Shown: positions 36,424 through 46,179 of the stretch, one piece after another
Position numbering within the stretch: position 1 is the first letter of the stretch
Layout: every line of letters starts with the position of its first letter
Made by a program: the position numbers and the translations under genes
Notes under the pieces: generated by a model
What the model saw: the letters and a program-made list of their open reading frames with translations, nothing else
Told to the model about the DNA's origin: nothing
Database searches by the model: none
DNA from: Bacteroidales bacterium
GTDB lineage: Bacteria > Bacteroidota > Bacteroidia > Bacteroidales > JAQUTK01
Assembly (NCBI GenBank): GCA_028709785.1
Contig: JAQUTK010000003.1
Location: 7,607 to 71,606, forward strand
Reading direction: 5' to 3'
DNA: 64,000 nt

Positions 36424-38245
36424 ATACCTTTACTGTTCCATTAATCATCTTATCTTCAACCCACTTCCTGTTTTCGGGGATTTTTCCTTTGAGGTATTTT
36501 TCCATCATAAGTCCTCCGATAGGAACAGCCCAGCGTGCACCGAATCCGCCATTCTCTACGTAAACGGAGATGGCTATTCTTGCCTTTTCCATCGGGGCAA
36601 ACCCCATGAAAATGGAGTGGTCCTCTCCACGATTCTGTGCTGTTCCTGTTTTTCCGCATACATTGATGGAATCAATCTGAGCTCCACGACAGGTACCTTC
36701 ATTGACAGCTCCATGCATACCTTGTATGATGGCATCATAATATTTGCTATCAATCAGCGTGTGTCTTTTGTGTGTATAGATTGAGTCCAGCTGACCTTGT
36801 TCTACCTCTTTTACGATGTGAGGGGGGTAGTACCAGCCGCGATTACTTATTTGTGCAGCCAGATTTGCAATCTGAATTGGGGTTAGATTGACTTCTCCCT
36901 GTCCAATGGAGATGGAGTATATTGTATTGTATTTCCATCCGTTCGTTCCGTATATCTTATCATAAAAACGGCTATTTGGTATCAGTCCTCGTTTTTCGCC
37001 CGGCAAATCGACCCCAAGAGTATATCCAAATCCCATGGATACCATATAATCTCTCCAAGAGTCCATAGCATCCTGTATGGTTGGGTATTTGGTCTTGTTT
37101 CCGAATACAATTCGTAAAGCAAAGTATGGAAACACATTGCAGGATGTTGCAAGTGCTGGAATTAAAGAAATTGGTGATGCGTGAGCATGGCATGCCGGAT
37201 GACCTCCTTTGCCCCAACAGTAGAATGATGTCGAGGGCGTTATAGCCCCTTCTTGCAAAAACACCAATGATTGAGCAGGCTTAAAGGTCGATCCCGGAGG
37301 GTATTGCGCCATCAGAGCTCTGTTAAACAGGGGCTTTTTCGGGTCTTTGCTAAGCTCGACGTGATTCTTTCCCCGTAGTCTTCCAATCAGTAAGTTGGGA
37401 TTGTATGTAGGACTGGATACCAAACAAAGAATTCCTCCTGTTTCAGGATCTATTGCAACGATACTTCCGGTTTTATTCTTCATCAAAAGTTCACCGTACC
37501 TTTGTAACTCAGAATCGATACTTAAATGAAGATTCTTTCCGGCTCGCGCTTCTTTATCATGTATCCCGTTCTCGTAGCGTCCTTTGAGTCTTCCGTGAGC
37601 ATCACGGAGCATGATTTCCACTCCTTTTTCACCACGAAGTACCTCTTCATATGATTTCTCGATTCCTGAACGTCCTGAGTAATCTCCTGAGACATAGTAA
37701 TTGTCGTTTTCGATGTCTCTCTTATTCACTTCACCGATGTCTCCAAGAAAATGTGCACCAATGGAATCACCATATTCGCGAATGGTCCGACTTTGTACAT
37801 AGAAACCAGGAAACTTATAGAGCTTTTCCTGAAGAATTCCATACTCTTCAGCGGAAACCTGAGTATAAAGTATCTGTTGTGTATAGGAGGAATAACCCGG
37901 ATTTTTTCTTCTGTCTTTAATCTCTATTATTCGATTGATGAACTGCTGTTTTGTAATATGTATAGTATTGCAGAAGTCAAGAGTATCAAAAGGTTCGATC
38001 TCATTCATAATGATAATGATATCATAAGCCGGACGGTTATAAACGAGAAGTTTGCCGGTTCGATCATAAATCATTCCTCTGGAAGGGTAAATTGTCCGGT
38101 TCAGAAAAGCATTGCTATCCGCATATTTCTTATAATCATTACGAAGTACCTGGAGATAGAATAATTGAGCCAGTAGTATTATGAATACCAATACTACAGC
38201 TGTTTGAAAAACAGTCCGTCTGTTGATTAATTCATTGGGTCTCAC
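36413..38245 (-). CDS. mrdA: Penicillin-binding protein 2 (elongation transpeptidase)
   Basis: PBP dimerisation plus transpeptidase domains; SxxK (GSTFKP) and KTG (GKTGTAQ) motifs. Confidence 0.9.
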   Translation of the reverse strand: MRPNELINRRTVFQTAVVLVFIILLAQLFYLQVLRNDYKKYADSNAFLNRTIYPSRGMIYDRTGKLLVYNRPAYDIIIIMNEIEPFDTLDFCNTIHITKQQFINRIIEIKDRRKNPGYSSYTQQILYTQVSAEEYGILQEKLYKFPGFYVQSRTIREYGDSIGAHFLGDIGEVNKRDIENDNYYVSGDYSGRSGIEKSYEEVLRGEKGVEIMLRDAHGRLKGRYENGIHDKEARAGKNLHLSIDSELQRYGELLMKNKTGSIVAIDPETGGILCLVSSPTYNPNLLIGRLRGKNHVELSKDPKKPLFNRALMAQYPPGSTFKPAQSLVFLQEGAITPSTSFYCWGKGGHPACHAHASPISLIPALATSCNVFPYFALRIVFGNKTKYPTIQDAMDSWRDYMVSMGFGYTLGVDLPGEKRGLIPNSRFYDKIYGTNGWKYNTIYSISIGQGEVNLTPIQIANLAAQISNRGWYYPPHIVKEVEQGQLDSIYTHKRHTLIDSKYYDAIIQGMHGAVNEGTCRGAQIDSINVCGKTGTAQNRGEDHSIFMGFAPMEKARIAISVYVENGGFGARWAVPIGGLMMEKYLKGKIPENRKWVEDKMINGTVKVYGL

Positions 38246-38748
38246 TTTGAAGAATGATATATGCTGTCCGTAACCAGAATCAATATCAAGGTAATCAAGG
38301 AATTTAGCCCTATACGTGAGAGAGTCAAAAATGGATGTTCAATAGTGCCCGTTTCAATGAGAATTAGTACTGTTTGGTGAACAATGGTGCTGATACCGGC
38401 GTAATAAAAATAGGATTTGAATCCGAAATGCTGTATGGATGCTTCAGCGGTTTCAGAGTCATATACCGGCATGAACATTTTGAAAAGATACGGGTTCAGA
38501 AGGCCCAGACAGAGTGTTGCCGAAGCATTCATTCCCGGAGAGTTACTGAACAGATCCAGAATAAAGCCAATCACAAAGGATATAAGCACTTGAGTAGTCT
38601 TGCCAATTGTATTGGGCAAACAAAGGATGCAATAAATATACAGGAAAGGCGTACCAATTCCAAACAGATGAATATGATTGAATATCAGGATCTGAATAAG
38701 GAAGAGGATGACAAAAAGTGATGTGATTGTGTAGATTGTTCTAGTCAT
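38242..38748 (-). CDS. mreD: Rod shape-determining protein MreD
   Basis: Small polytopic membrane protein between mreC and mrdA. ATG 38748 gives about 168 aa and an 8-nt overlap with the mreC stop. The longer ORF to 38814 would lie inside mreC. Confidence 0.6.
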   Translation of the reverse strand: MTRTIYTITSLFVILFLIQILIFNHIHLFGIGTPFLYIYCILCLPNTIGKTTQVLISFVIGFILDLFSNSPGMNASATLCLGLLNPYLFKMFMPVYDSETAEASIQHFGFKSYFYYAGISTIVHQTVLILIETGTIEHPFLTLSRIGLNSLITLILILVTDSIYHSSK

Positions 38749-39577
38749 TCTTCCGAGCCTCCTTCTCAAGCTGACGAATCTCATTGATCCGTTCATTTCC
38801 GATGATACAAACATCTTTCAGACGATAGAAGTCCGTTGATAGTTTGACTATTAGAGTGTTCAGATCTTGTTTCTTTGTGGAAGGCCTGTCGATAGTGCCC
38901 ACCATGATGCCTTCCGGGAATATGGCTGAGAATCCACTGGTGATTATGGTGTCGCCGGTAGAAAACCGGGTATGCCTTGGAAGTTCCTCTAAAAGCGCAA
39001 AAGAGGGATCTCCGCCTTGCCATGTTAATGATCCGATCGAACCATCACCCTTGACTTTACAGCTTATATGCAATTTGGCATTCAAAAGAGAGATTGCAAT
39101 GGAATAGTTCTCAGAAACCATACTGACTATGCCGACTATCCCGTTTTGGTTGATGACCCCCATCTCTTTCTTTATACCATCTTTACTCCCTTTATCAATC
39201 AAGATGTAGTTGTGAGTTTTTGAGATGCTGTTATCTATAACTTCACCAAAAATGGTTTGATAGGGGCTTGTGATCGTTGAATCATATACAATAGAAGAGG
39301 ACTCTTGCTTGTTTAATGCTTTCCTTAGTCTATACACTTCGTTCTCTAACTCAATGTTTTTCTGGAGAATCTCTTTGTTTTCTGAACGGAGATAAAAATA
39401 ACCGGTAACTATATTTGCTGTTTTATAAATAGATCCTGTAATCTGATTGCCCGAAGATAGCAAAACACTTCGTTGATATGGGTTATCATTATAAATCATT
39501 ACAAAGCATAAAGCCTGGAGCAGGATAAAAAGAATCCATGCCCCATGCTTTACAATGAAGTTTATCAGATTGTCCAT
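38741..39577 (-). CDS. mreC: Rod shape-determining protein MreC
   Basis: N-terminal TM segment, a coiled coil, then beta-rich domains (GDTIITSGFSAIFPEGIMVG). Position after mreB. Confidence 0.8.
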   Translation of the reverse strand: MDNLINFIVKHGAWILFILLQALCFVMIYNDNPYQRSVLLSSGNQITGSIYKTANIVTGYFYLRSENKEILQKNIELENEVYRLRKALNKQESSSIVYDSTITSPYQTIFGEVIDNSISKTHNYILIDKGSKDGIKKEMGVINQNGIVGIVSMVSENYSIAISLLNAKLHISCKVKGDGSIGSLTWQGGDPSFALLEELPRHTRFSTGDTIITSGFSAIFPEGIMVGTIDRPSTKKQDLNTLIVKLSTDFYRLKDVCIIGNERINEIRQLEKEARKND

Positions 39578-39649
39578 TTACGCAATTTACTAACAATATA
39601 CAACTACTTGTACACTGTTTGATTCAACGAAATCCCTAAAAGCAGAGAT

Positions 39650-40669
39650 TTATCTCATCAGGAACTGGAATTTGCCTACATTCTTTAGAGCCACACCTGT
39701 TCCTCTTGCAACAGCGCGGAGAGGGTCTTCTGCAATATGGAACGGAATGTTGATTTTGTCAGTCAGACGTTTGTCTAATCCCCGAAGTAACGCACCACCA
39801 CCTGCCAGATAAATTCCGTTATGAACAATATCGGCATACAATTCAGGTGGAGTGTTTTCCAGAGCACCAAGAACAGCCGTTTCAATCTTTGAAATTGACT
39901 TTTCCAGACAGTGGGCTATCTCCTGATAAGAGACTGGCACCTCCATTGGAAGTGAAGTCATCCGGTTTGGTCCATGCACAATATAATCTTCAGGAGCATC
40001 TTCGAGCTCAGTAATAGCAGCTCCGACATTGATTTTGATTTGTTCGGCAGTGATTTCACCTACACGGACATTGTGCTGACGTCCCATATATTCAATAATA
40101 TCAGCAGTTAGATCATCTCCTGCAATACGAATGGATTTATTTGACACAATACCACCTAAGGAAATAACAGCGATTTCTGTTGATCCACCACCAATATCCA
40201 CAATCATGTTTCCTTCCGGTGCTTCTACGTCAATACCGATTCCGATGGCAGCAGCCATTGGCTCATAAATCATATAGACATCTCTCGCATCCGCATGTTC
40301 GGCAGAGTCACGAACCGCACGAATTTCAACTTCCGTGCTGCCTGAAGGAATACACACTACCATACGCAAAGAGGTAGGGAAGAAATGCTTTTTTGGAAAA
40401 GCCATCTTGATCAATCCGCGTATCATGTGTTCACAAGCTTCGAAGTCTGCGATCACACCATCTCTGAGAGGTCTGACAGTACGAATGTTTTCATGTGTTT
40501 TTCCATGCATCATACGAGCCTTTTCTCCAACGGCAATCGGGCGGTTGGTTCTTCGGTCCAGTGCAACGACAGACGGCTCGTCCACAACTATCTTCCCATT
40601 GCTGATGATGATCGTGTTGGCGGTACCAAGGTCCATTGCAATTTCTTGAGTAAACGAGAATAATCCCAT
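39650..40669 (-). CDS. mreB: Rod shape-determining actin homolog MreB
   Basis: IAMDLGTANT, DIGGGSTEIAVISLGG, GIYLAGGGALLRGLD. Confidence 0.95.
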   Translation of the reverse strand: MGLFSFTQEIAMDLGTANTIIISNGKIVVDEPSVVALDRRTNRPIAVGEKARMMHGKTHENIRTVRPLRDGVIADFEACEHMIRGLIKMAFPKKHFFPTSLRMVVCIPSGSTEVEIRAVRDSAEHADARDVYMIYEPMAAAIGIGIDVEAPEGNMIVDIGGGSTEIAVISLGGIVSNKSIRIAGDDLTADIIEYMGRQHNVRVGEITAEQIKINVGAAITELEDAPEDYIVHGPNRMTSLPMEVPVSYQEIAHCLEKSISKIETAVLGALENTPPELYADIVHNGIYLAGGGALLRGLDKRLTDKINIPFHIAEDPLRAVARGTGVALKNVGKFQFLMR

Positions 40670-40690
40670 ATCTTTAAACTAGTTTGACGA

Positions 40691-42214
40691 TTAATGTTTG
40701 AAATGCCTGAATCCCGTTGTGACCATGGCCATATTGTTTTCTTCACAATAGGCGATAGACTTGCTGTCGTTGATAGATCCACCGGGTTGAATAACTGTGT
40801 TTATTCCTTCATTGTGTGCTATTTCCACACAATCAGGGAATGGGAAGAATGCATCAGATGCCATGACAGCTCCGTTTAAATCAAAGCCAAAAGATTTTGC
40901 TTTTTCAATGGCCTGTTTCAATGCATCAACACGAGAAGTCTGTCCTACACCGCTTGCGCATAATTGTTTGTTTTTTGCAAGAACGATTGCATTTGATTTG
41001 CTGTTTTTTACAAGCTTGTTAGCGAATAGCAGATCTTCGATTTCACTGTCAGTGGGCTTACGGCTGGTAACCGGCTTTAATTCTTCCGGAGTTTCTATTT
41101 TAGCATCTCTTTCTTGTGTCAGAACGCCATTAAGCAACGAACGGAATTGTTTCTTTTGTAGCTTTATTTCTTTTTGAATCAGAATAATCCGATTCTTCTT
41201 CTGAGATAATATCTCAAGAGCTTCTACATCGTAGTCAGGGGCGATGATCACTTCAAAGAAAATTTTATTAGCCTCTTCTGCAGTCTCTTTGTCAATAACA
41301 GCATTGGTAACCAGGATACCTCCGAATGCAGAGACAGGATCACCGGCTAAGGCTTTGCGCCATGCTTCGACTAAGTTAGGATCTGAGGCGATGCCGCATG
41401 CGTTATTGTGTTTAAGAATAGCAAAAGTTGTATCTTCAAATTCGCTGATTAAAGTAATTGCTGCATCTATATCTAACAAATTGTTGTATGATATTTCTTT
41501 CCCTTGCAACTGCTCAAACATTTCGTCAAATTTGCCGTAGAAAGTTGCTCTTTGGTGTGGGTTTTCTCCATAGCGAAGATGTTTGCTATCGTTAACAGCC
41601 TTACGAAATGCTCCGCCTTCTTCTTCATCGAAGTAGTTGAAAATAGCAGAATCATAAAGAGAGGAAACAGCGAAAGCCTCTTTTGCAAACCATTTACGGT
41701 CTTCAAGAGTTGTGTTGGCGCCATTCTCTTCAATCAGATCGGCAAAAGGTTTATATTGATCTTTTGATGCGATTATAACTACATCTTTCATGTTTTTTGC
41801 TGCTGCACGGATAAGAGAGATACCTCCTATATCTATTTTCTCGATAATATCAGCTTCTGATGCTCCTGATGCGACAGTTTCCTGAAAAGGATAAAGATCC
41901 ACTATGACAAGATCTATTTCCGGAATTTCATATTGTGCCATTTGCAGAAGGTCACTCTCTTCACTTCTTCTTCCAAGAATACCTCCGAAGACTTTCGGGT
42001 GAAGAGTCTTGACACGCCCACCAAGAATCGAAGGGTAACCAGTCAGGTCTTCAACCGCTTTGCAGGGTATTCCCAAAGACTCGATAAACTTCTGAGTTCC
42101 TCCGGTTGATATGAATGATACTCCTTCTTGATGGAGTTTCTGAAGAATAGAATCTAATCCATCTTTATGATAGACAGATACTAATGCTGATTTAATTCTT
42201 TTACTTTCAGACAT
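40691..42214 (-). CDS. purH: Bifunctional AICAR transformylase / IMP cyclohydrolase
   Basis: Full-length 507-aa PurH pattern (ALVSVYHKDGL, TGGTQKF, KTLHPKV, ...GFRHFKH end). Confidence 0.95.
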   Translation of the reverse strand: MSESKRIKSALVSVYHKDGLDSILQKLHQEGVSFISTGGTQKFIESLGIPCKAVEDLTGYPSILGGRVKTLHPKVFGGILGRRSEESDLLQMAQYEIPEIDLVIVDLYPFQETVASGASEADIIEKIDIGGISLIRAAAKNMKDVVIIASKDQYKPFADLIEENGANTTLEDRKWFAKEAFAVSSLYDSAIFNYFDEEEGGAFRKAVNDSKHLRYGENPHQRATFYGKFDEMFEQLQGKEISYNNLLDIDAAITLISEFEDTTFAILKHNNACGIASDPNLVEAWRKALAGDPVSAFGGILVTNAVIDKETAEEANKIFFEVIIAPDYDVEALEILSQKKNRIILIQKEIKLQKKQFRSLLNGVLTQERDAKIETPEELKPVTSRKPTDSEIEDLLFANKLVKNSKSNAIVLAKNKQLCASGVGQTSRVDALKQAIEKAKSFGFDLNGAVMASDAFFPFPDCVEIAHNEGINTVIQPGGSINDSKSIAYCEENNMAMVTTGFRHFKH

Positions 42215-42242
42215 AAAGCGATGTGTTTAGTGATTTAAAGTG

Positions 42243-42250
42243 CAAAGTTA
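42243..42250 (-). promoter_or_regulatory. Candidate -7 box for the purH-mreBCD-mrdA-rodA-HAD unit
   Basis: Minus strand TAACTTTG, 29 nt upstream of ATG 42214. Confidence 0.55.
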
Positions 42251-42355
42251 CAAAATAATTGCCTTCTTTATTGTTCTGGGTGGTGCTAAATTATGAGAAT
42301 ATTTTTTGTGGTTATTTGTTTGTTGTATAATGGTTCGTTTTGAGTACTAACAATA

Positions 42356-42393
42356 TAAAAAAGAAAGCCGGCTTTTCTCATAAAAGCCGGCTT
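42356..42393 (-). terminator. Intrinsic terminator after the ROK glucokinase gene
   Basis: Perfect 11-bp stem AGCCGGCTTTT / AAAAGCCGGCT (42366-42376 / 42382-42392) with a 5-nt loop. A T-rich run follows on the minus strand. Confidence 0.7.
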
Positions 42394-42415
42394 AGTGATA
42401 CTCTTTATAAAAGGT

Positions 42416-43381
42416 TTATTTTAATTCCCATGCCAAAGCACTGGCTCCTAATACGGCAGCATCAGTATCTTTCATTTCGGAGAAGAGTACTTTTACTTTG
42501 TTTTTGAAGATGGGTAAGAGATTCTTTTCCATATGTTCTTTAATCGGATCAAGGATAAGAGGACCTGCTTTTGTTAGTCCACCGAAAAGTATGATCGCTT
42601 CAGGACTGGAAAAAGCAACAAAATCTGCAAATGCTTCTCCTAAAGTTTTTCCGGTAAACTCAAAAATATTGAGTGCAAGCTTGTCTCCTTGTATGGCTGC
42701 ATCAAATACATCCTTTGAAGTAATGTCTTCGAGAGGTATACTGCGAAGGAGGCTGTTTTCTTTTGTGAGCTCCAGCATTTCTTTTGCTGTACGTGCAACT
42801 CCGGTTGCTGAAGCGTATGTTTCAAGACATCCGGATTTTCCGCAGCCGCATAGTCTGCCATTGCGTTTTGATACAGTATGTCCCAACTCTCCAGCAAAAC
42901 CATCGTGTCCATATACCAGTTGACCATTACATACGATTCCACTTCCTACTCCGGTTCCTAAAGTAATCATGATAAAATCTTTCATTCCACGACCTGCACC
43001 GTATGTCATTTCACCAATTGCTGCTGCGTTCGCGTCATTCGTTACTCCGACCGGAATACCAAATTTTTTGCTGAAAATATCTGCTAATGGAATACGTCCT
43101 TTCCAAGGTAAATTTGGAGCGAAAGCTATTTCACCTGTATAGTAGTTCCCATTTGGCGCTCCGATTCCAAATCCTTTGATTGTTTCGATACCTCCATTTT
43201 TGTTAATTAGCGCATTCAGTGATTCATAAACGCTGTCAACATAATCGTCGAAATTCGGGTACTTGGCAGTTTTTACTGAACCGCTGGCTATGATTGTCCC
43301 TCTTGCATCTACAATTCCAAATACGGTATTGGTCCCGCCAATATCCATTCCTAGCACGTTTTGTTTGTTAATCATGTTCAT
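42416..43381 (-). CDS. ROK family glucokinase
   Basis: DIGGTNT ATP motif and ROK zinc motif GHTVSKRNGRLCGCGKSGCLETYAS. Confidence 0.85.
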   Translation of the reverse strand: MNMINKQNVLGMDIGGTNTVFGIVDARGTIIASGSVKTAKYPNFDDYVDSVYESLNALINKNGGIETIKGFGIGAPNGNYYTGEIAFAPNLPWKGRIPLADIFSKKFGIPVGVTNDANAAAIGEMTYGAGRGMKDFIMITLGTGVGSGIVCNGQLVYGHDGFAGELGHTVSKRNGRLCGCGKSGCLETYASATGVARTAKEMLELTKENSLLRSIPLEDITSKDVFDAAIQGDKLALNIFEFTGKTLGEAFADFVAFSSPEAIILFGGLTKAGPLILDPIKEHMEKNLLPIFKNKVKVLFSEMKDTDAAVLGASALAWELK

Positions 43382-43399
43382 TCAGATTTTATATGTATT

Positions 43400-43407
43400 G
43401 CAAAAGT
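43400..43407 (-). promoter_or_regulatory. Candidate -7 box for the ROK glucokinase gene
   Basis: Minus strand TACTTTTG, 19 nt upstream of ATG 43381. Confidence 0.55.
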
Positions 43408-43433
43408 AGTGAATCCCTTTGTCAAACAAAGAG

Positions 43434-43447
43434 ATTTTTTTTTTTTT
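43434..43447. repeat. T14 (A14 on the minus strand) homopolymer tract
   Basis: Counted directly: 7 T at 43434-43440 plus 7 T at 43441-43447. It lies between the DoxX stop (43470) and the glucokinase -7 box (43400-43407). Confidence 0.9.
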
Positions 43448-43469
43448 AGCAAAGAAAAATCCTTTTCGT

Positions 43470-43931
43470 CTAGTCCAATTGGAGTGAACGTGCTTTTTCT
43501 CGTTTGTCTTTTATAAACATTTCGTTTATAATCGAATCTATTGCAAACCTTCCGGGACCTGCAAGATACATGATGACAAAGACAGCCAGATAGACAAAGG
43601 CAAGTTCTTTGTTGGCAAAGGGATCATTTCCATGTATGATAAAAAATGCCACTCCCATTGTGATCAGCATTGGAATCATTGTCAGTCTGTATAGCAGACC
43701 AACCACGAAAGCTGCTGAACAGATCAGTTCTCCAAATATTGCCAAGGCTAGTGAGAACTCACTTCCGACTCCAATGGGATCCGGAAAATTTTCTTTCATT
43801 GAATTAAACTGAGCAAACTTCTGATAGCCATGTATCATCATAAGTATTCCGAATAGAATCCGGAATGCAAGAAGTATCAAAGAAGGCCATACTCTTTTTG
43901 AGTATTCAGGGAATAGAAACTTTCGTATCAT
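43470..43931 (-). CDS. DoxX family membrane protein
   Basis: 153 aa with four TM segments; LLAFRILFGILMMIHGYQKF is typical of DoxX. Confidence 0.75.
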   Translation of the reverse strand: MIRKFLFPEYSKRVWPSLILLAFRILFGILMMIHGYQKFAQFNSMKENFPDPIGVGSEFSLALAIFGELICSAAFVVGLLYRLTMIPMLITMGVAFFIIHGNDPFANKELAFVYLAVFVIMYLAGPGRFAIDSIINEMFIKDKREKARSLQLD

Positions 43932-44009
43932 AGGCTTTTTGTTTTATGATTAAGTTCATTCTTGTTTCGTTTTAATCTTACTTCTACTCAATTGAATAAG
44001 ATTACTCTG

Positions 44010-44017
44010 CAAACATA
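44010..44017 (-). promoter_or_regulatory. Candidate -7 box for the DoxX gene
   Basis: Minus strand TATGTTTG, 79 nt upstream of ATG 43931. Confidence 0.4.
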
Positions 44018-44271
44018 CATAAAACAATTAAAAATTCACGAATTCCTTTAATTGTTTTTTCAGAAGATCGCAGTCAGCACTGTTTTTCTGGATTTAGAGT
44101 ATGTGAAGAATGACCAGTCTTTATTCCCGGATAGCAACGAATACGCCCTGGCGTCAAGATGCACTTCATATTGGATTACTCTCCGGCATAAAGTCAAGGG
44201 TAGTTCAGGGTAGGGTAAAATTTTAATGCAATGAATGCCTGCATTCCTGAAAAATATCTTCACTGAAATGC

Positions 44272-44303
44272 AAAAGGGATGCCTGTTTCAGGCATCCCTT
44301 TTT
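44272..44303 (-). terminator. Intrinsic terminator after pckA
   Basis: AAAAGGGATGCCTG-TTT-CAGGCATCCCTTTT palindrome 20 nt past the stop codon. Confidence 0.7.
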
Positions 44304-44322
44304 ATGAAAGGATAGAAATGAA

Positions 44323-45927
44323 TTACAGTTGAGGACCAGCAGGAACCAATGCTTTACCGGCTTCGTTTCCGGTAAACTTGCTGAAGTTTTTGATGAAACG
44401 ACCAGCAAGATCTTTTGCTTTTTCGTCCCATGTACAAGCACATTCGTAAGTGTCACGTGGATCAAGGATCTTCGGATCAACACCAGGAAGAGCTGTCGGA
44501 ACAACAAATGAGAAGTAAGGGATAGTCTTTGTAGGAGCTTTATCAATAGATCCATCAAGAATAGCGTCGATGATTCCACGTGTATCTTTGATAGAAATAC
44601 GTTTGCCTGATCCATTCCATCCTGTGTTTACCAAATAAGCTGTAGCACCTGATTTCTCCATTTTCTTTACAAGTTCCTCACCATATTTAGTTGGGTGTAA
44701 AGAAAGGAATGCTGCACCAAAACATGCAGAGAAAGTTGGAGTTGGTTCAGTGATACCACGTTCTGTCCCAGCGAGTTTAGCAGTAAATCCAGACAGGAAG
44801 TAATACTGAGTTTGTTCTGGAGTAAGTATTGATACCGGAGGCAATACTCCGAAAGCATCTGCAGAAAGGAAGATCACTTTCTTTGCAGCGGGAGCAGCTG
44901 ATTTAGGGGTAACAATGTTGTCGATATGGTCTATAGGATAAGAAACACGTGTGTTTTCTGTCTTGCTTCCATCAGTATAGTCAATCTTGCCATTCGCATC
45001 AACTGTCACGTTTTCCAACAAAGCGTCGCGTTTGATAGCTTTGAAAATATCCGGTTCGTTTTCCTCGCTCAGGTTGATAACTTTTGCGTAGCAACCACCT
45101 TCGTAGTTGAAAACACCTTCATCATCCCATCCGTGCTCGTCGTCACCAATCAGGTTGCGTTTTGGATCTGTAGAAAGTGTGGTTTTACCAGTTCCAGACA
45201 AACCAAAGAAGATGGCCGTTTCGCCAGCTGCATTTGTGTTTGCTGAACAGTGCATAGAAGCCATACCCATCAAAGGCATACGATAGTTCATGTATGAGAA
45301 AATACCTTTTTTCATTTCACCACCATACCATGTGTTCAGGATAACCTGCTCTTTAGAAGTAAGATTGAATACTGTTGCCGTTTCTGAGTTTAATCCTAGT
45401 TCTTTGTAGTTCTCTGCTTTAGCTTTTGAAGCGTTGAAAGAAACAAAGTCCGGCTCGCCATAGGCTTCCAGTTCCTCTTCAGTAGGACGAATAAACATAT
45501 TCTTAACGAAATGTGCCTGCCAAGCCACTTCCATGATAAAACGCACTTTCAAACGAGTATTCTCGTTGGCGCCGCAAAAAGTGTCAATAACATATAATTT
45601 TTTTCCTGAAAGCTGCTTTACCGCAATTTCTTTCAGTACTTTCCAACTTTCTTCGGAAAGAGGTTTGTTGTCATTCTTGTATTCGTCAGATGTCCACCAT
45701 ACTGTGTTTTTTGATGTTTCATCCATTACAAAGAATTTATCTTTTGGAGAACGACCGGTGTAAACACCTGTCATTACATTTACAGCGCCTGATTCTGTAA
45801 CCTGACCTTTTTCGTAACCCTCCAATTCAGGTTTTGTCTCTTCAGCAAACAAAATCTCATAAGAAGGGTTGTGAAGCACCTCAACAACGTTGGTAATACC
45901 GTACTTGCTTAAATCTACTTTTGCCAT
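44323..45927 (-). CDS. pckA: Phosphoenolpyruvate carboxykinase (ATP)
   Basis: P-loop [27 protein letters not shown]. Confidence 0.95.
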   Translation of the reverse strand: MAKVDLSKYGITNVVEVLHNPSYEILFAEETKPELEGYEKGQVTESGAVNVMTGVYTGRSPKDKFFVMDETSKNTVWWTSDEYKNDNKPLSEESWKVLKEIAVKQLSGKKLYVIDTFCGANENTRLKVRFIMEVAWQAHFVKNMFIRPTEEELEAYGEPDFVSFNASKAKAENYKELGLNSETATVFNLTSKEQVILNTWYGGEMKKGIFSYMNYRMPLMGMASMHCSANTNAAGETAIFFGLSGTGKTTLSTDPKRNLIGDDEHGWDDEGVFNYEGGCYAKVINLSEENEPDIFKAIKRDALLENVTVDANGKIDYTDGSKTENTRVSYPIDHIDNIVTPKSAAPAAKKVIFLSADAFGVLPPVSILTPEQTQYYFLSGFTAKLAGTERGITEPTPTFSACFGAAFLSLHPTKYGEELVKKMEKSGATAYLVNTGWNGSGKRISIKDTRGIIDAILDGSIDKAPTKTIPYFSFVVPTALPGVDPKILDPRDTYECACTWDEKAKDLAGRFIKNFSKFTGNEAGKALVPAGPQL

Positions 45928-46001
45928 TTTTTTAATTGAATTAATTGGATATTCTTGTTATTTATCTCTCTCATTTTTGATTAACCCTAGTTCATCGGCT
46001 A

Positions 46002-46009
46002 CAAAGGTA
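46002..46009 (-). promoter_or_regulatory. Candidate -7 box for pckA
   Basis: Minus strand TACCTTTG, 75 nt upstream of ATG 45927. Confidence 0.5.
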
Positions 46010-46101
46010 AGGAGAATATTCGAGATACAAAAGGTAATTAAAGAAATATTTCCGTAATTGACGTTATTTGGCAAAACCGTCTCTCTGATTATTTAATATT
46101 A

Positions 46102-46138
46102 TAAAAACAGCCTCCCAAAGCGTTTGCTTGAGGAGGCT
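46102..46138 (-). terminator. Intrinsic terminator after korB
   Basis: Minus strand: AGCCTCC ... GGAGGCT (7-bp stem, 16-nt loop) followed by GTTTTTAT. Confidence 0.55.
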
Positions 46139-46179
46139 ATTAAGATTTAATTGCGGATTATATCTTTGTCTGAAATCTG

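Noticed and set aside
42215-42355. ZTP (pfl) riboswitch upstream of purH
   Set aside because: The candidate -7 box at 42243-42250 leaves a leader of only about 25 nt, and I saw none of the conserved GGGTCGTGAC / CCGGGCGGA-type elements.
46161-46168. Plus-strand TATCTTTG box pointing antisense into korB
   Set aside because: The motif has only six fixed positions and should occur by chance many times in 64 kb. There is no plus-strand gene downstream, so I treat it as a chance match.
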